Of a stretch of DNA of 16,280 bases, positions 13,133 to 16,280 are shown in pieces (position 1 is the stretch's first letter; the number at the start of each line of letters is the position of its first letter). Source of the DNA: an uncultured bacterium (GTDB taxonomy: Bacteria > Lernaellota > Lernaellaia > Lernaellales > Lernaellaceae); NCBI GenBank assembly GCA_964534375.1, contig CAZHPN010000143.1:1-16280 (forward strand), written 5' to 3'. Position numbers and translations under genes: made by a program. Under the pieces are notes generated by a model. That model was not told the DNA's origin, did no database searches, and saw only the letters and a program-made list of their open reading frames with translations.

Positions 13133-15730
13133 ATGAGGCGCGACGCCGCTTCGCTTTGGTTCCTGCTGCGCACCGTGTCCCTGCGGCGAATGACGGAGCA
13201 TTGGCCGCGAACGATTCTCACGATCGTCGGCATCGCGCTGGGCGTGGCCGGTTTCATCGCCGTCCAAATGATCGTCGACACCTTGCGCGATTCGTACTCG
13301 CGAATGGTCGATCAGGTGGCCGGCCGCGTGCAGCTCCAAATTTGCGCCGGCGACGCCGGCGTGGCCGAGAGCGTGCTCGCCGAGGTGCAGGGCCTGCCGG
13401 ACATCGCCGCCGCGCTGCCGCGGATTCAGCCGATCACGCGCGCCGCCGACGGGCCGGCCGCGGGCCAGTCGATTTTGATCCTCGGCGTCGACACGCTCAA
13501 CGATCAGATCGCCCGCGATTACCAGATGAAGGACGAGAAGAACGTCCAAATCTCCGACCCGCTCCAATTCCTCAACGCCAAAAACGCGGTGCTGCTCAGC
13601 CGCGAATTCGCCCAGCGCAACGGCATCAAAATCGACGACCGGCTCGACCTGATGACCTATCAGGGCAAGAAAACGTTCGTCGTGCGCGGGTTGCTCGAAA
13701 CCGAAGGCCCCACCTCGGCGTTCGGCGGCAATTTCGCCCTGATGGACGTCTACGCGGCGCAGATCTTCTTCGGCCGCGAGAAAAAATTCGATGCGATCGA
13801 CCTGATTCTCAAGCCCGGCCGCGACGTCGACGCCGCGATGCGCGACATCAACCGGCGGCTCGCCGGCCGCTACGAGGCGACCCGCCCCGAGCAGCGCACG
13901 CAGGGCGTCGAGAACATGCGCAAGACGTTCGACGTCGGCGTCTCGATCCTGGCGCTGATCGTGCTGGCGATGGGCATCTTCATCATCATCAACACCGTGA
14001 TGACCAGCGTGCTGCAGCGCAAACGCGAGATCGCCATCCAGCGCATGCTCGGCGTGACGCGCGCCGGCATTTGGACGATCTTCAGCCTCGAAGGCCTCGT
14101 CTTCGGCCTCGTTGGTTCGGTGATCGGCATCGCCGCCGGCTACGCCTTCGGCCGGCAGGCCGTGCTGCATTTCGTGGCGCAAATCTCGAACATGTTCATG
14201 TTGGTCGACCTGTCGCACGTGTCGTTCCGGGCGCGGATGGCGGCCGAAGGTTTGACGCTCGGCCTGGCGATCAGCTTCTGCGCCTCGATCTACCCCGCCT
14301 GGCGCGCCACGCGCATCACGCCGCTGGAAACCCTCGCCTTCGATTACGGCCTGACCGCCGGCCAGGGCATTTCCTACCGCCGCTGGCTGATGGTGCTCGC
14401 GCCGGCCGCGGCGTTGATCTTGTATCTGCTCTTCGCGCCCGCCGGCTTTACCGAGTCCGGCGTGCGCGTGATGACCATCGGCATCTTTATCGCCGCCATC
14501 ACCGTTACGCCGATGTTCATGGCGGCGCTGCTGCGCGCGATGCGGCAGCTTTCGGGCTCGGGCTTCGGCGAACTGTTGCGGCTGGCCGGCGACAACATCC
14601 GCCGCGACCTCGGCCGCGCGGGGATGACCGTGGCCGCGTTCATGGTCGGCCTGGGCGTGATGATCGAGGTCTACCTGTTCGTGACCAGCGCCAAAACGCA
14701 GATCGTCGGCTGGGTGGAAGACGCCATGACCGCCGACCTCGTGGTCACGACCTCGACCCGCCTCGCCTCGCGCGAGGTGATTCCCGTCTCGCCGGAACTC
14801 GGCGCCGCGATCGAAAAAATTCCGGGCGTGGAAGCCGCCTGCGCCTGGCGCTTGCTGCTCACCGATTACGACGGCGTCCGCATCTCGATCGATGCCTTCG
14901 ATTGGAAAAAGCGGCTCAACGAAAAGCGCTTTCGGTTCGTGAAAGGAAATCCCGACGAAGCGCTGCGCCGCGTCGTCGCCGACGAGGCGGTGCTCATTTC
15001 GCAGAACCTGGCGCTGCGGCACCACCTGCAGAACGCGACCGAAATCACGCTCGACACGCCGAAGGGCCGGCACGCGTTTCCGATCGCCGGCATCGTCATG
15101 GACTACGCGAGCGAGCACGGCGCCGTCGTCATGGATCACAACCTCTACCTCGAATATTTCGAGGACCCGATGGTGGACGCGTTCATGGTGTATCTGTCGC
15201 CGGGCGCCGATTTGCTGAAGACGCGCAACGCGATCTACCAGAACGAAATGGTGAAGCAACAATTCAGCCTGTACGTGCTGACGAACCGCGAGTTCAAAAA
15301 TTCGGTGCTCGCGGTGATCGACCAGTTCTTCGCGCTGGCCTATTCGCTCGAGGCGCTGGCGATGATCATCGCCTTCATCGGCATCGTCAACAATCTGCTG
15401 ACGACGGTCGTCGATCGCACGCGGGAGATCGGCGTCCTGCGCACGCTCGGCGCCACGCGCGGGCAGATTTCCGTGATTTTCGTCTGTCAGGCGGCGTTGA
15501 TGGCGGTGTCGGGCGCGGCGCTCTCGATTGTCACCGGCTTCAGCCTGGCCAAGGTCGAACTCACGCGGACGACGCAGGTGATCGCCGGCTGGGCGATGCC
15601 GCTTGAGTTCTCCTGGCCCTACCTCTGCGTATTGTTGTCCATCGCGATTTTCACGGGTTTGCTCGCCGGGATCATTCCGGCGTATGTCGCGGCGCGCCTG
15701 CCGTTGCAGGAGGCGATCAAGTATGAGTAG
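13133..15730 (+). CDS. ABC transporter permease, duplicated FtsX/MacB-like (type VII) architecture
   Basis: RTILTIVGIALGVA N-terminal TM; two large periplasmic domains; two FtsX motifs (QRKREIAIQRMLG, DRTREIGVLRTLGA); YPAWRA..I.PLE; C-terminal LQEAIKYE. Confidence 0.92.
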   Translation: MRRDAASLWFLLRTVSLRRMTEHWPRTILTIVGIALGVAGFIAVQMIVDTLRDSYSRMVDQVAGRVQLQICAGDAGVAESVLAEVQGLPDIAAALPRIQPITRAADGPAAGQSILILGVDTLNDQIARDYQMKDEKNVQISDPLQFLNAKNAVLLSREFAQRNGIKIDDRLDLMTYQGKKTFVVRGLLETEGPTSAFGGNFALMDVYAAQIFFGREKKFDAIDLILKPGRDVDAAMRDINRRLAGRYEATRPEQRTQGVENMRKTFDVGVSILALIVLAMGIFIIINTVMTSVLQRKREIAIQRMLGVTRAGIWTIFSLEGLVFGLVGSVIGIAAGYAFGRQAVLHFVAQISNMFMLVDLSHVSFRARMAAEGLTLGLAISFCASIYPAWRATRITPLETLAFDYGLTAGQGISYRRWLMVLAPAAALILYLLFAPAGFTESGVRVMTIGIFIAAITVTPMFMAALLRAMRQLSGSGFGELLRLAGDNIRRDLGRAGMTVAAFMVGLGVMIEVYLFVTSAKTQIVGWVEDAMTADLVVTTSTRLASREVIPVSPELGAAIEKIPGVEAACAWRLLLTDYDGVRISIDAFDWKKRLNEKRFRFVKGNPDEALRRVVADEAVLISQNLALRHHLQNATEITLDTPKGRHAFPIAGIVMDYASEHGAVVMDHNLYLEYFEDPMVDAFMVYLSPGADLLKTRNAIYQNEMVKQQFSLYVLTNREFKNSVLAVIDQFFALAYSLEALAMIIAFIGIVNNLLTTVVDRTREIGVLRTLGATRGQISVIFVCQAALMAVSGAALSIVTGFSLAKVELTRTTQVIAGWAMPLEFSWPYLCVLLSIAIFTGLLAGIIPAYVAARLPLQEAIKYE

Positions 15731-15800
15731 GGGAACAATTCCCCAGATTCCGTTGTCGCGCCATGGTGTGGCGAACAAGCGCCATTGTTCGATGTTCACC

Positions 15801-15871
15801 GATCCCGTCGATCCTGTTGATCCTGTCAAAAAAACCTCAACTAATAATCCTCGTCATCCTGTCCAAAAAAA
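15801..15871. repeat. 9-bp-period xATCCTGTy tandem repeats, each block ending in an A7 tract
   Basis: GATCCCGTC-GATCCTGTT-GATCCTGTC-AAAAAAA (15801-15834) and AATCCTCGT-CATCCTGTC-C-AAAAAAA (15846-15871). Confidence 0.8.
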
Positions 15872-15909
15872 TCACACGCGGGCCGGCGGCCCGCTTTGAG
15901 GAGGGGGAC

Positions 15910-16280
15910 ATGGCCAAACGAGCGTTGGTGACCGGCGCGTGCGGCTTCACCGGCACGCACATGGTCGAGCACCTCAAGCAAGCGGGCTGGGACGTAACGG
16001 GCACCGACCTGGAAAAGGGCGCCCACGGCGTCTACTACTGCGAAGCCGGCGATCTGCATCCGGAGTACTACAGCGACTTTCTCCGGAATCTCGGCGTCGA
16101 GTTCGTACCGGCAGACCTGACCAAGCCGGAAACGCTCCCGCCGTTGTTCGCCGGCCGCACCTACGACGCGATCTTTCACGTCGCTTCGCTGTACGACTAC
16201 TTCGCGACGTGGGACGTCCTGCAGCAGGTCAACGTCGAGGGCGCGCGCAACCTCGCGACCGAGGCGCTCAAGGCGGGCGT
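15910..16280 (+). CDS. NAD-dependent epimerase/dehydratase (extended SDR), 3' truncated by window edge
   Basis: SD GAGGAGG/GGGG; MAKRALVTGACGFTGTHMV (TGxxGxxG), ADLTK, IFHVASL, VNVEGARNL. Absent from the ORF track because there is no stop inside the window. Confidence 0.92.
   Translation, partial: MAKRALVTGACGFTGTHMVEHLKQAGWDVTGTDLEKGAHGVYYCEAGDLHPEYYSDFLRNLGVEFVPADLTKPETLPPLFAGRTYDAIFHVASLYDYFATWDVLQQVNVEGARNLATEALKAG

Noticed and set aside
12932..15829. 965-aa antisense ORF overlapping the ABC permease
   Set aside because: Shadow frame of a GC-rich gene with strong codon bias; R/H/D-rich with no recognisable motifs, and its start runs through the repeat region.

Overview
GC-rich bacterial chromosomal window with no visible rRNA, tRNA, CRISPR array or transposase. 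The lipoprotein/OmpA genes indicate a diderm; the gene content suggests a deltaproteobacterial/Myxococcota-type lineage (inference only). Gene order: 3' end of thiE; a TM-anchored SGNH hydrolase with a TPR-like insert; a degenerate orotate-PRTase-like protein behind a strong sigma70 promoter with a terminator-like leader hairpin; a GT-C-type membrane glycosyltransferase; three tandem SnoaL/ester-cyclase-like paralogs (- strand) sharing a C-terminal Cx7C tail, divergent from a tyrS with an atypical GDPAQ (instead of GGxDQ) motif; a coupled envelope operon (DUF4398-like Pro-rich lipoprotein, DUF4398-like/22xPro/OmpA lipoprotein, secreted TPR-like protein, Zn-ribbon/B-box-like/Yip1 protein) followed by a decayed Yip1 paralog; a secreted START/SRPBCC protein divergent from an FtsX/MacB-type ABC permease with no adjacent ATPase; and the 5' part of an NAD-dependent epimerase missed by the ORF track. 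Two intergenic regions carry 9-10-bp-period repeat clusters. The best leads are the leader hairpin plus degenerate PRTase (possible PyrR-analogous attenuation), the non-canonical TyrRS next to the Cx7C SnoaL triplet, and the periodic repeats. All calls are by eye; no database searches were run.
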